DNA of 62,454 nt, filler included, from Sphacelaria rigidula (GCA_964200075.2; 10 parts of 10 records of this genome joined end to end with filler, not necessarily neighbours in it), one strand, 5' to 3'; shown: positions 10,861 through 24,510, counted from the whole stretch's first letter. The notes: generated by a model not told the origin, from the sequence alone. Translations and numbers: made by a program.

Positions 10861-13800
10861 GAGTGCCGCGCCCAAGTTATGACGGGACCGACATCTTGAG
10901 GTGAAGTTCACCTCGGCCCGTCTGAAAACTTTATGATTAAACCATGCTCGTTCTTACCGAACTCGAACCCGGACCCGGCCCGAATCCGGACCTAACTCCA
11001 AGGTATACGGTGAGTCCTCGGGAAAAAGAGGTGTAGAGGGTGCTCTAGGGAACGTGTGCGTTGGGGAAGCTCGACGCCGATACGGACGAAATTGCGTGCT
11101 GCGCACGGTGGGGAGCACCTATACAGCTGTTGCTGTCAGTCCGCAAAAAGACCCGAATGTGATAGCCCAGTCTGAAACCAAGTATGTTGTAATAGTGGAA
11201 TTTGGCGACAGGCAAGGGTTAGCTGTACTCAAGGTCTTCGCTGGTCGAAGCACATACTACATGCGCCGCCATGGCGGGACCGCCATTGTCGGTGCTGCCA
11301 AACATGACGACAGTATCAGGCTTCGGCCCGCATCGGTGCTTTGTTACGGTACGGCGGTTCTCCTTGCGTTTACTCTGAAGGTACCAAAAGAGCATAGAAC
11401 AGCGCAGGTAGACACCAATCTTCGAAATCCTTCCGCCGGGTATTCAAGCGCGTTCGCCGTTCAATTGCTCCCCGGCCGACTGAGTCCCGCCAGTTTGCAG
11501 AGGATGGCAGTAATGTATCAAGGTTATTGCGATCTTCTTGGTCGAAAAAAACTGCGTAAAATCGTTATAGCGCCCGAGCATCCTGCTAGTGTCTTCCTCC
11601 TCTACAAGATTGCCATCCTCCGCAAGACCGTCAGGAGCCGCAGCAGGTCGCAGGCGCTAAAAAAGTTACAACGTGGGGACACGATCGAAACAGCTCTCCG
11701 TACTATACCACATTACTTCGTTTCCGGGACAAATCAGACACGAAGCCTCCAGCGTATTTGCACGTTGTAACAGTACGCTGAAACACGCCTTGCCGTTTTG
11801 TAAATCCTTCACCACCCGATGATTTACAGGGGTATGGATATCGCGGGTACTGACTGGGCATCCCCATTCAGTACAGCTTGGTACATTAGCAGAGTATCCG
11901 TATAGGCTGTCTACTCGTAGCAAGAATTGTTATCGTACCGACGAAGACTCCCCTCTAGGCTTGCTCCTTTGATAGTAGTGTAGGCTCTTGCGTCTCGAGA
12001 AAACCAATTTTGAGCAGGGGCATCAGGGAGTGCGACAACAAGGTGCTGTTGGGGGGTATAACTAGTGTGTACGCGCTCGATTGCAAGTACGCACACCGCG
12101 TACTGTTCCCCTCGAGGGCTACGGTCACGGGGTAAGCGATCCGTTTCAAGACAGGAAGAACTGAAAAGGGTACAGCAGCGGTGTGTCCGCTGTGTACTTT
12201 AGTGACATTAGAGGGATGCTGCTCAGCAGTTGCCTGTCTGCCGCATCCACTGCCTTACCAACCGTAGAGCACTTGTACCGTAACTGATATTGGAAGAAGC
12301 ACCATCAATCGTTTACGGTTAGGACAAATCATCACGACTCAAAATCACCCAACTCACGATTTCTTCGGCCTGATTGCCCAAAAGGGAGAATAAAGCTGAT
12401 CGCTGGTCCAAGNNNNNNNNNNNNNNNNNNNNNNNNNNNNNNNNNNNNNNNNNNNNTTAATTAATTAANNNNNNNNNNNNNNNNNNNNNNNNNNNNNNNN
12501 NNNNNNNNNNNNCTAAAAAAAAAAAAGGACGGGGGGGAAAATAATCAATTTTTAAATTTTGACTCTCCGAAAATTGACATTCTCCCTGCTGGGGGCGGGG
12601 GGGAGTCAACATTTCGAATCCACAGAAGCCCCGGGGTACACACAGTGCAGGCTTCCCTCCCCTATGCGCTCAAATTCCTAGAAATGATGCGCGCGTGCTA
12701 AGTTTGACATTCATACGTGGTTGAAAAAGGAGTAGAATGCACAAAAGGTGCAAGAGGGAGAGGCCTGCCGCGGTAGGACACACTGCACTTTACAGTTTCG
12801 TTGGGATCACTCGGATGAAGGTCAAATACGGGCGGTCACTCTGGTCCATTCAATGTGAAGTCAATGTGCAAGGGGCATTTATCTATTTACCGGTTGTGAC
12901 TATCGAACGTTTCAAGAGTGCAGCCGACTCTAATCCCTCCGCTGTTTGATGATGCTTCACCATGCTACCACCCCGTTCTACTTCAGGCTGAACTGCATCC
13001 AAACGGACCACAAGGCCGTCATGACCAAGCTAGAGAAATCGCTTCATGCTCTACACGAGGTGATGCTACAGCAGGCTTCTGTCTGCCCACCTTTCGTTCT
13101 CCTGTACGAATAAAGCAGAAGGAATTCCCTTCAAGCCACCACATCTAAGGCACTCATGCAGTAATCGTTTCTCCCATGAAGCAGTCGGGGCGTCGCAACA
13201 GACGAGCTAGCAAGCTATGTTCCGCATGCCAAGCAACTGTCAGAAGTCTGCGGTTGACTATATTTAGCCCCCTCACGACGTTTAGTCGGCAACATGTATG
13301 TATTGAAAAAACCCATCGTTTCGCTGCGTCCGCCCCTCGTTGATACTCGATGCACGCATGGAAAGGCTCAAGCAGCCCGCACACCAACGCTTTCCTCGTC
13401 TGTTGGATCTACCGCGAGTGTCACACCGAGAAGGGCGAGCGGTGCTGCTGTTGGCCTCGGTGTGACTGAAAGAGGTACCAGCCCCGGAAGTATTCCAATA
13501 TTGCCACTTGCCAAGGTTAATGAGGTGCGAAAGAAGGAGTGCAGGCTTTGGGGGGCAGTGTTATGTTTGACCAATCCGTTGAAATGTGAAAAGGGCAGAG
13601 TTGATGACATTTCACTGGCAAGCAGGGTCCGATGTCGCAGTTTTCATCTGCAAGGTTGTGCTCGCTACCGCATGGACCACATTCAAGTTTGATCCTGTAG
13701 TTCGGAAGCTCCGGTGACTAGGAAGGTACAACACCTGTACGTGAAGTCGCTGATTGTACATCGCCAATACGAGTTGCGTGTTGGTCTGAGTCTTCGTCTT

Positions 13801-14228
13801 CGAGTCTCCTCTCCTTATATTACAACTTGCGATACAGTTTCGGCTCCCGACAAAGAAGAGGGTGAAAAACAAACGAGGGTGAGATCTCGAAAAATGTAAT
13901 AAGGTCTCCAGGCTGGGCACTGCCTTCAACTCCAGAAAGCTGACCCATTTCTCTGTCCTGGCCAAAGACACCAAGCTCGCTCGCATAGGAGAAAGTAAGG
14001 CTGAGCCTGTTTTCTGGACTCTTGTGAAGTGACCGATGCTACGTACGAATTTTCTTGCACGTGTCCTCTTGAGTGAGCGAAGAAAGATACCAGATGGAGA
14101 AAATACCCCGGAAAACTAGGGGATGAGCCTCGTAACCGCACAGTACCAGCTTGAACTTAACCCCACTTTTTGTAGACAACCCTCGCTGAACCCCCAACAT
14201 TTCCGTAAACGCTATTTTGTGTTGTCAG

Positions 14229-14489
14229 GTATCAGAGGGGTCGCCCGCAGCAACAGCAGGACTCACAGTAGGCGATCTCATATTGCGGTTCGGGAGCGTA
14301 GACATCTCACACCCCAAAGGAATGGGCGGTGTGGTGGACGTTGTGCGAGAAAACGAAGGACGCGAGGTGCCCGTCACCGTGCTGAGACACGCAGGCATGG
14401 GCGGCCAGTCTGGTGTCAAACAACTCAGTCTTGTGCCAAAGACGTGGGGCGGCCGGGGTCTGTTGGGCGTGCACCTGCTCCCACCTTGA
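14229..14489 (+). CDS. PSMD9: 26S proteasome regulatory-particle chaperone PSMD9/Nas2 (p27), terminal exon with PDZ domain
   Basis: Acceptor gtcag|; VSEGSPAATAGLTVGDLILRFGSV...LSLVPKTWGGRGLLGVHLLPP*, the typical Nas2 C-terminus W.GRGLLG. Confidence 0.9.
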   Translation, partial: VSEGSPAATAGLTVGDLILRFGSVDISHPKGMGGVVDVVRENEGREVPVTVLRHAGMGGQSGVKQLSLVPKTWGGRGLLGVHLLPP

Positions 14490-16154
14490 CCATGCGTTTG
14501 GCCTGTTCGCACAGCGAGATTTTCCGTAGCTGGAGAGAGAGCGCAGAGAAGTTCGGCTGCTCTTGACTGTATATATGTCCCCTCTCTTTCGAGTGCATGT
14601 CAACCCGAGTGGTGCCACATGTTCGATTTGTTCTACAAATCACGTCGACAGGGACAGGCCAGTAAACGAGACATGAATCCATGATGTGGTAATGGTAACA
14701 TTTTTGTGAGTCATGCTTGCGGCCGCATTTCATCGCGTGTCAATCCGTGTGCGCGGCAATGTGGAACCTGTCCGTCTGCTCTAAATTTTTTTCTTACTTT
14801 CAAACGACACCGGTAATTATGGATACAGAGGACTCTGCAATAGTTTTCTCCCTTATATATACCGATACTGGATCTACCAAAGACAAGGATACCCATATCC
14901 ACACCTTATCATCCATGTCCGGTAGCACCTCCGCTCCAAAGGACTGTGAATGACGTAAGACGTAAACTGAGGGTTATTGGTCGATCTGGGTTCACGCAAG
15001 TTATATTCCAATCATCTATTTAAGCGTACTGCAGGTGCGTGCTTCTGTCCAGTTGCTCCTCGGAAGCGACTCGATCGTACCTGCTCAGGTAGTGACGTGC
15101 AGAGTGGAGCATTGGTTCAGGTACCCTCGAAGACAGGCACAGCACTGCACACACCTATTTCCATAGTGTCATGAAGCAAGAGATAATCCAGATCGATGCG
15201 TTGCTGTAAAAATGTTGCAGTCACTCCATTCACGTACCACGGATCACGTTCTATAAGTCACTTTCAGGATAACACCGACACTGGGACTCGTCACATGCCT
15301 TCCTATCCCCTCTTTGATGTAAAAATTGATACGCTCTTGGTTGGTGCCAGGGTGCCTAAATGGGCCTGGATTTTTGCTGCCACCTATCAGCTCGCATCCT
15401 CAGCCGAGAGGACCTACACAATAAACAGTATTACGGGGAAATTCACATGTGAGGGTGAAGCAAACACCCCTATTTAATCCCGACGCTCACTACTTCCAAC
15501 ATTCAAGGAGAGAGCTCCCGAGCAACCACGAGGGTACTTCCACTACCACAATCTCGGCAGCGTCGCCAAGGCGCCTCTGGGTAAGTGTGAGACACCCAAC
15601 GCCAGGTGGGGCTGACAGCGCGACCCCTCCGGAAGAAAAATAACAGGAAAGTCGATATCAACTCACAACTCAACATCACGATACGATACAACTGTGTACT
15701 CCCCCAAAAGGCACTGACCAAAATAATCGCGACGGATCGCCGTCGTTACCCTCTTTAGCTCATCCAACCATAAACCATGCACAAATATCCTATTTACGCG
15801 AGATGTACTCCCCCATGCTAGAAGCGTATCTTCACCTCATGACAACACGCAAGGAACTACCACATCCAAAAAGCACCCGCCCCCTCCCCCACCTCCTGAT
15901 GAAAAAGCAAAAGGCAAATACGACGAGCTCAAGGAAGCACCACAACCACTACGGACACCACAGCACGAAATACCCGAATACCCAGTGGGGTAAAAAACAC
16001 ATCCAATACGTTCTTCTTTCTTCTCATTCAAGTTCACACGGCCGCAGCAGAAAAACAGGCTGCGCTTGCTGCCCTCCAGCAGCAGACAAGCCCGACAACA
16101 TCGGACGGGAACAAACAACATACTCCAAAGTAACTCCACAGTCTCAATTATATT

Positions 16155-16460
16155 TCAAGGCGCTCCCATGCCATGATTCGCGTCAGGGTACTCTGCGCTT
16201 CCCCCCGTTGCCGGAGCCGTCTCGGGTGTGGCCGCAAATAAATCCCCTCCCAGGCCAGCCCTGTCCTTCTTAGCTCTCCTCTTGTACGTGTAACCAATGA
16301 AGTCGTTGTCGCGGTCTCGCCTTTGAGCTACCCTTGCTGCCTTTTCCCAGCGCACCTCCCCGTTATCGCTGAACTTATCGAAGTTGGACGTTACGGCATC
16401 GATCGCAGTCGGGCGGCGGGGATCAGTCGCGTCCATTTTGGCGAGCTCCGCTAGTAAGTC
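16155..16460 (-). CDS. NDR/LATS-type AGC Ser/Thr kinase, terminal exon
   Basis: Acceptor acaacag|; TSNFDKF (AGC C-tail NFD motif) and hydrophobic motif DFIGYTYKR typical of NDR kinases. Convergent with PSMD9. Confidence 0.8.
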   Translation of the reverse strand, partial: DLLAELAKMDATDPRRPTAIDAVTSNFDKFSDNGEVRWEKAARVAQRRDRDNDFIGYTYKRRAKKDRAGLGGDLFAATPETAPATGGSAEYPDANHGMGAP

Positions 16461-16576
16461 CTGTTGTAATGACAAAGGGGAAGTTGCGGGGAACAAAGAA
16501 GTCAAACAACAAATGGATCTCGTTCGCTGCATGTGCACGACCAGTGGTGAAACATATTTCACGCAGTATGATGCTT

Positions 16577-16856
16577 GGGGGAGGAGGGGGGGCGTACTCA
16601 TTTGTTGCTTGCCTTAGTCGTCTGACCATTGACCACGCATCCCTTTCGAGACGGAGGCGGGGGTTGTACTCATGATCATGCATGCCATAGTCAGAAGACA
16701 ATTGACCTCGCATACCTACAAAGCCGGGACGGAGCACATCGGGTTTTCGCCGGACCAGGCTCGCACTCGATCACCAAGCGCGAAGCGCCGTGGTGTGATG
16801 TTTATTCGGCGAGTCGCATGAAGGGTGTGCTGCATCTTACTAAGATTGTTCGGCCT
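16577..16856 (+). mobile_element. High-copy dispersed repeat with a poly-G head and dimeric body (unclassified)
   Basis: Most complete copy. Homologous pieces at 1044-1145, 18575-18668, 18769-18830 (minus), 24520-24712, 24833-24924, 37381-37435 and 50046-50140. Core motifs TTGCTTGCCTTAG..GACCATTGACCACGCATCCCTTTCGAGACGGAG and GGGTTTTCGCCGGACCAGGCTCG. Confidence 0.8.
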
Positions 16857-19021
16857 ACACATGACTTTAGTCGGGAGTATTGAATACGTCACCCACACTA
16901 GATGGTTCACACCCGTCACCCAAGATTGTGTCGTCAGCAAGTGCGTTCCGCATACCAACCCAATAATCGTAGTAGTACTACTAATAGTAAGATGACATTC
17001 GCGGATTTTCGTTCAAGGCCGTAGGGGTGGCGCCAAGATCGAAAATGCACTTCGAACAATCAGCAGTTTTCCAAATATTTGAAATGAAAAATACGATTTC
17101 CCAACTCAGTTTCTACCCGAATTCCGCATGTTTCAAGTCGCGGTGACCACCATGAGCTCGTGGATCAAACAGGGAAAACAAATTTCAAAATGGTCAGCAA
17201 TCGAACGAATGATACCCAGGTATTTCGGTCATGTGTGATATAAGCTTTTGGCGTCGTCGAATTTCCTCTCATGATATGCATCAAAGACCCAGTAAACCTC
17301 CTGATGGTTGCCCTCATGTTTGTCGTCAAGCAGTTCATATCACCCTCAAACTTGGCAGTTCGGTAGGTATTGATGTCTCAACAGGAAATAATGTATAATT
17401 GAAGAGTATTTCGAGGTTTCAGCTATTTCCACCGCATTTGACGGGTCTCCGCGTTTTACCGGCTTCCGGGGGTTACGCGTGGAGACCCTCGGAAGCCGGT
17501 ACCGAACGCCTCAGAGTGATCCCAGGAACATATGTGCAAAGTTTTGTTGCGAAACACAGGAACCTGATGCGTCCTTCATCGTTTCGACTGCCAAAAGGTG
17601 TGTCGGTACTAGAATCAAGTAGTTGGGAGTTTGTTCCTTTCAAGCTCACTTTATCACATCAAACACGCAAAAGTTTACGCTGATTTTCGTATTGAAATCT
17701 GACAATTTACACACAAATACTGTGTATCATTCAAAAGCTTTGAATGAATGAGATCTTTCTATGTCTTTGTTTTCGCCAGCTATCGGAGATCCTAAAATGC
17801 CTTGTGATATCCAGAATCCCCGAAAGCCCTTGGACTTCAGATAATTGGCAAAAAAAAAAGAAGCGCGGTACCTTACTCATCAAATGCTTCGTGGTGTTCC
17901 AGAGTACATGTGCACGTTTTCAGGGTGTAACTCCAAGACAAGAGTTGGCGTGAACATTTGCGGTTGAACGAATATTGAGTGAAGAGCGTGAACCAGCTCG
18001 TGAGCGTACGTGTATCGGTAAACTGCAATGCACATATGAAGGAGCGGTATGGCGACGCCGTTGAACTTTCGTGCTGCACTGTACCCGTCGAAGGTATCCA
18101 GAGAGACAAGTAAATGAGATAAATGACGAGGTAACAAAATACATCAGTCGAGGGGTAGCCTCTAGATTCCCTGCCGCTGCGGGGGGAGGCACGACCATCC
18201 AATAGTATGCCATTGGGAGCATACTTTCATGGTACGTGACGGAATATACAGTGTATCGACATATCCCCTTATCCTGGTCTGTGCTCCTTTTGTTGGACAG
18301 GCTGTCGTCAGAACATAACCTCGTTTCAGCCACGTGCAACGTATGCGTCGTGTGCGAGTAAATGTTACAGTATGCGCTCTGAAGCGTGCGACCTTTTCAT
18401 GCAAGTTTCACAAACATTTCGCCAACACAAAACAGCACAAAAAGATATTGGGTACAATGAAATCACGAAGAACCTCAACGTGACTTCAAGAGCGCAGCCT
18501 ACGCCTGAGAGACTTCACGAAATTCAAAGTCAAGAGCTGAACTCTCACCCGTAACTACATCTGTGATCTCAAAACGGGGGAGGGGGGGGGGGGGGGGGTA
18601 ATTCTTTGTTCTTTTCCCCAGGTGTTTTGCCATTTGCTCACGACCCCCTTCGCGCAGGAGGCAAGGAANNNNNNNNNNNNNNNNNNNNNNNNNNNNNNNN
18701 NNNNNNNNNNNNTTAATTAATTAANNNNNNNNNNNNNNNNNNNNNNNNNNNNNNNNNNNNNNNNNNNNGTCAACGGCCAAACCACTAAGGCAAGCAACGA
18801 GAAAGCACCCCCCCCGCCCCACCCCCCTCCCCCTCTTCCCTGTGGTAGCATAACTCGATGCCACCCGCCTCCAACTTCAGTTGCGTCGTGATTCGATCGC
18901 GAGTTGTAGTCGAGGTTTCGAAAGAGCTTGTGCACCAAAAACTGGCATAGCCACCTGCAACGATATATATCGACACCAGATCAGCAATCGTCGGCCCGTG
19001 CTGCACAAGCTATGTACTCAC

Positions 19022-19434
19022 CTCGTACATGAATTGGTCGTACAAATAGTCAAGTACGCCGTACTCGCAAGTTGGTGGGCCGGCCCAGGAGTTGGAGTGG
19101 ATCTTGGCTCCCGTGGCGAGTGTCGACCACCAAAGGAAGTTACCAACTAAACCTGGAAGCAGCGTGTCGCGACTGTTGAAGTATAAGACGTCAACTATGG
19201 CGAGTTTCGCGCCGGGTGCCACGCCGTTGTTTTGAATGAGATTATCTGAGACGCTTTCACCCAAACAGTTGGGCGAGTAAACACTGCCGCCGTCACAGCT
19301 GAAGACGGGGCAATAGGTTCTGATGTCAAAAACTCCGTTGACGACGGAAAGAAAGGCTTCCGCCGGCGTCATGCATTGGCCCGAACAAGCCCGTACTTCG
19401 TCATCGCCGCAGGCCTGTGTCAGGAACGGACTGC
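19022..19434 (-). CDS. Subtilisin-like S8 serine peptidase, internal exon
   Basis: Cys-rich insert followed by NNGVAPGAKLAIVD...GAKIHSNSWAG...YDQFMYE. Acceptor cgacag, donor gtgagt; phase matches the upstream exon. Confidence 0.9.
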
Positions 19435-20221
19435 CTGTCGTTTTGTGGAGAGGTAGTTCGAGAAATATTCGATCATTGCCATTTCAACCGGTCGCATGAA
19501 CTCTCAGTCTGGCATGCTTCACCACGCGACGTTGCACCGCGAGGAGGTTCAAGTTGAGCACTATCTTCGCTGACATGAGCGGATCAACAAGTAATACTAG
19601 AGTATGACTTTGTACTTTGAGGGCGTGGTCTTGGGCTCGAGCCAAGGAGCACGTTCTCGCGCAACGACTGTACTCTGTTTTGGCGTAGATGTACACTGAT
19701 GTTGAACACAAAACGCTGCGGTTGTTCCCGGTAACCAAACCCGTTAGTCCGAACACTGCGTATCCCTAATTCACATACACCGGGAGGAGAGGCATATCAC
19801 GCAATGCTGCGAAATATCCGGGGATAGGGGTAGTGCCGCCGTCTCTCTCCCCCTCCCCTCTTCCCCATCCCTTCCCCATCCCCCCAAACCACTCCCAGAA
19901 TCACAACGATGAGGATGACCATTGAGCGCTTGATAGCTGGTTTCAGACCCCATGAAGCGCCTCGTATGGGCGACGCTGGTAAAATCATCGTTGAGCGTGG
20001 GAGTTCCTAGCTGCTCGGCGTGCTGGTATTTCGTCATTTTGAGTCGCTATGTTCTGCTTTCTCAAATCGGCCACCCTTCAGAGGGGGGCTGTCGCGATAT
20101 CATTTCAAGTATTTTTCTACGAGACACTCTTGAGTCCTCGACCAGGTATTACTCTACATGAACAGGTGCCAAGTGAAGCAAAAACAGCCTTCAACGGCAA
20201 TTTTCACGAGATCAACCCTAC

Positions 20222-20352
20222 CCTGATATGTTGCACCAGCAGCCGTTCCAGCTGTGTGAGTCCCGTGACCGCTCTCAGCTCTATCTCGATCGTAGCCTCT
20301 CGTGATCGTCGTGGTTGACTCGGACGGAGTGGAGGATGACGCTGCTTCCTCA
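20222..20352 (-). CDS. S8 peptidase exon with the catalytic His
   Basis: DRDRAESGHGTHTAGTAAGATYQ. Acceptor tcgcag, donor gtaggg; phases 2 and 1 fit the neighbouring exons. Confidence 0.9.
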
Positions 20353-20733
20353 CTGCGAGGTGATGCGAAACAAAAGAAGAAAAATAAGCGGTGCACGATA
20401 ACGGACGGACGATCAAGAACATCCGGGTGATATTCAGACATGTTACTCTTCAATAGAAACGTGCGCTGGCGAAATATCGTACTCTGTTCGACGTGTTGCT
20501 CCGATGACGTCTTAGACACCATGACTACGCGCCGGAAGCTGGGGACAGCTGGGAGGGTAACAAGACTTAGGGTAGGGCGGGGGACGTACTCCTTCAACAA
20601 TTTATATTAAGCAAAACATGAGAAAAAGCTTTCGAGAAAACACCTCTCGAGAGACATGTAACAGAGAGCACCCCACTCCGTCAGATACACAAATGTCGAT
20701 ACATCTACGTGCCCGACGCGTCCGACAACTCAC

Positions 20734-20845
20734 GAGCCGTCCTCGTACATGTAGCTGTACCAAGCGTCTAGATCGTTCAGGATCATCCCGCACTCCGAGT
20801 CATCGGGGTACGTGAACTGCCAAGATGGAATCTCCTCCTCTGATG

Positions 20846-20876
<31 letters not shown>

Positions 20877-21014
20877 GTTGAACGATGTTGTGGGCGAACT
20901 TGTGGCGTAGTTTTCTTCGATGTACTCGCTGTAGTACATGATGGAATCGGCCACCGTTCTAGCGTCGTCGTCGTCTTCCTCTTTCTCCTTGACCAATTCG
21001 ATGTACTGCACCAC
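20734..21014 (-). CDS. S8 peptidase exon (VVQYI motif plus acidic insertion)
   Basis: VVQYIELVKEKEEDDDD...DDDDDDDDD...YMYEDGS. Acceptor atgcag, donor gtgagt; TC|T completes Ser with the next exon. Confidence 0.75.
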
Positions 21015-21854
21015 CTGCATCCCCCGTATCACCGAACAAAGCACCGGCAAAGCATTTTTTCCTTTACCATCACTGGGAGATCTAGCGATATTCATCGAAG
21101 ATATTGATCAGAGTTGACGCGTCACCATTGACCTCCACGGTACGTTCTTTGGTGAAATCCTCGCGTCGCTATCACGGTACACACCGTGACGCTATCATAA
21201 CGGGATCGTGATGGATCTCATGAACTTCATGCGGGGGTACGTAGTCACTGATTTCACGGATGTTTTTAGGGTCTATGAGAAGAACCTGTGTCCCGCGAAA
21301 CGTTCACGTGGGCTGATGTGGAGTGTACAGCTTTGTCATTGTTGTCCGCAGATCTCATGCAGAACCGCGGCCGTTGTGATTGCTTAGATATAATTCTATG
21401 CTCGCAGGCAACGCCTCATCACCCACGATCCTCATCCATCATCACCGTGACCTTGACCCCAGCAAAAAACTGAAATTAACAGCGATCCTGATTCCAAAAC
21501 CATGGACCTCAGGCGTGGGTCGGTAAAATGTGCAGCTGAATGATATGCGTTATTGGTGAGGTGCCCTGTGACCTACTTTCATTGACAGGCTGTATATATC
21601 TGGACGATACGCGTTGACGGGGTGTACATCCGGGCTATGTGCATGGATCTGAGTTTCACACGTCGGATAACTCCGGAGTGCACTCAGGCATGTCGTATAA
21701 CTCAGCGGCATAAAATTGCACGGATGAGTTATGATGTATGACTCACCCCACTAGAATATGCACGGATGAGTTTATGCTGTACAACTCACCAGATTGTAAC
21801 ATGCACCGCCAAGTCAAGGCACTATAACTCATAGGTGAGATATGGGGAAAATAG

Positions 21855-22059
21855 CAAGGGCGGGTCGAGTGGAGTATACTCAATTGCGGGGTATTTTGAA
21901 AGACGTACTTGGGGTCCTCAAATTAGGGCAGAGTGTTGGGAGTCGTACCCGAAATAGAAGTACAAAGCGATTCCTGAAACCCGACCCCCAATTTGTGTAC
22001 TTCAAGTACGACTTTCAAAATACCCCGCAATTGAGGATACTCTACTCGACCTACCCTTG
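21855..22059. mobile_element. MITE with about 60-bp TIRs
   Basis: CAAGGGCGGGTCGAGTGGAGTATACTCAATTGCGGGGTATTTTGAAAG...CTTTCAAAATACCCCGCAATTGAGGATACTCTACTCGACCTACCCTTG. TSD unclear. Confidence 0.75.
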
Positions 22060-24086
22060 ATACATTGTCAAAACGTGTACCGCGTGCAGTATCGACTATT
22101 GAGTCTACTGCAACATACAATTTATTCCATACTGTATGCAGTACACGTTTTTGACAACGTAATCCACTGTCATCATCCACGGTGTGATCTATTGCGGTAT
22201 GTATACTCAGATGCCAAAACAATTTCAGGCATCAGGGTGACTGACAAGAAGAACCCATTCAAATCAAATAAGCAGGGGTTATCAAGACAGCAAAAACGAG
22301 AGGGGGCTTCAGAGGAGGGCCAATGTACGCGATGGACGACGTCTTCTACATCTACAGCTCAACCCACCCTATAAACACACATCATACCTACCCTTGATAT
22401 CTAGTCGGTGAGCTTCGTTTTCCGCTAAGATACCGTACCGTAAGACGTGGAGCACTGTGCCAAAAACATGGGTGCGTGCGTGCGTGCATGTGTGTGCGTG
22501 GGAGGGGGTACCTGTACTAGTTGGTCGGTCACGTACACCTTAACGCAACATGCGGTGTTAACCGTACCGCCACGAGAGCACACACGAATGGATACAATAG
22601 AATGAAGTATTTTGCATCTCTCGTGCAAATTGTTCCCTCGAGGAGTAGTCATTCTCCAGTGAGCCCACGTATTATCGTGTATACGCCAACGCGAACGTTT
22701 GTTACTCAATCTGACACACGTTCGAAGGGTCCTGCTGCAATACAAAGCCCCAGAAATCATCGCAGTCCAAGCGATGGGGAGAACTTGAAATGCGACCACG
22801 AAATTAAATCCTCCCACAGTAGGCCTGACCAACTAACCGACCACATACGGCACGCCCGAAGTATGCACGTATCACAGCACGTACGGATATGAAACAAACG
22901 AAAAGCTAGAACTGTTGCACGACGTAGTCAACGGGGCACCACACGCCCGGCCTTTCGGACGGCGAGTTTTCGCACCTAGCGACGGTAACTCGCTATTCGT
23001 AAACCCGCAGACGGAAAAAGGGGGGCGGGAAGTAGATTCTCTTGGAGAAATTCATGAATACTTCGACGGAGAGAAAAAAGTTCAAGAAACGTGAATTGCG
23101 TGCAAAATACAAAATACCACACCCTGGACATTAGGTGGTCAACACTTACACCATAATAGAATAGAGTGTTTTGCGTAAAGTATGTTGAGCATAGACTATT
23201 GAGCCTCTTGTTGACAATACGCGCAATAGGCTCAACAATAGGCACAATAGGCTGCACTTCACGCAGTACACTTCTTCTATTGCAACTATTGACCACCTAC
23301 TGTCCAGGGTGTCCAGCACATACAACACATACGACTCATACAGCTATTAATAATGCACACTCGTCCTCACCCCTGTGCCGTCCCTCCCCGCGCTCGAGTG
23401 TCGAAAGTAAACGTCCCAGCTCTTGTGCACGCTTGAAGGGTCAGCCTTCCAGGCTGCGTACATCTCCTCCACGTACACACTTTATTTCCCCGCCCCCCCC
23501 CGCAAAAAGCAATCACGCCCCCCAGCATGCATGTCATTTTGATTTACAGAATGGCGCGGGAAGTCGTTATCCACAGAGGGAAAACAAACACGAACACGAG
23601 AGGCACTTGAATAAAGACAGCCAAATATAGAGGAACATGAGTTTTTGTATTTCATGATTATTTTCGTTTATTATTTGTTACGAACTTCAGAGTATCATCA
23701 TGTACGACGAAGATCACGATTATAATTATAACAGTTGGTAAATATGATGATCAGCAGACTCTCATCATACCACCACAACCGTATGGATCATATGTCTCCA
23801 TCACAAACCTTGCGTGCTCCACTTCACGCCAGTTTGTACTCAACCGTCTACGAAGAATAAACAAACAATTAAACTTTTAAACAGCTCACTACACTTGATC
23901 TACAAACACTGCATCGCGAGCCCTTTTCGATTGTCCGTGTGTTCGAGATGTGGAAATCAGCCACAGAGATAGGTTGATCCCTTGAGACCATTAGACCACG
24001 GACTTGTCCCGAGGAGGGGTGGGGGGAGGGTTCAAAATGCGACAAATAAAATACGTATGATAAAAATATAAAAAAAACGTACCTAT

Positions 24087-24156
24087 GACGGTATAGCTCG
24101 CAGGCATGAGCGCTCCGCATGCGAAATGTCTGGGGTTCAATCCTCATACCTCCACC
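24087..24156 (+). pseudogene. Degenerate tRNA-Ala-like sequence (pseudo-tRNA or SINE head)
   Basis: GGTATAGCTC...GAGCGCTC..GCATGCGA..GTCTGGGGTTCAATCCTCATACCTCCA resembles eukaryotic tRNA-Ala, but the D-loop and anticodon arm are damaged. Confidence 0.5.
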
Positions 24157-24184
24157 ACTTTTGCCACTCCCCAGTGATTTAATG

Positions 24185-24510
24185 ATATGGTACTATAAAA
24201 CCGACTCCAAATAGGGTGTGAAGAACGCCGGTTCGATTCCCGCTAAATCCATATTTCTATAGGTTGCCTTTTTTTCTTTGAAGGAGCTGATTCTTGCCGT
24301 CGAAAGCCTGAGGGCGTGAGCAGTGAAAATCGGATTGTTCGACTGAGTTCGCTTGAGGAGAGTCGACGCGGTACGGAAGTGTTCAGTCATGATCCAATCC
24401 GCGAGACCAAAAATGCAAAGCGTGTGTGCGCCGGGGGGTAGATGGGTTGATGCCTTGAGAACACGGATTTGTCCCGAGGAATGGGAGGGCTGAAAATGTG
24501 AAAAAAAAAA
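24185..24510 (+). mobile_element. tRNA-derived SINE, family B (5'-truncated second copy at about 23920-24075)
   Basis: B box GGTTCGATTCCC near 24230. The 3' end GGTTGAT.CCTTGAGA..CACGGA.TTGTCCCGAGGA..GGGAGGG.T.AAAATG plus an A tail occurs twice in tandem. Confidence 0.55.

Noticed and set aside
11054..12412. 238-aa ORF and neighbours as a gene
   Set aside because: No recognisable motif; probably decayed retroelement interior within a COG8 intron.
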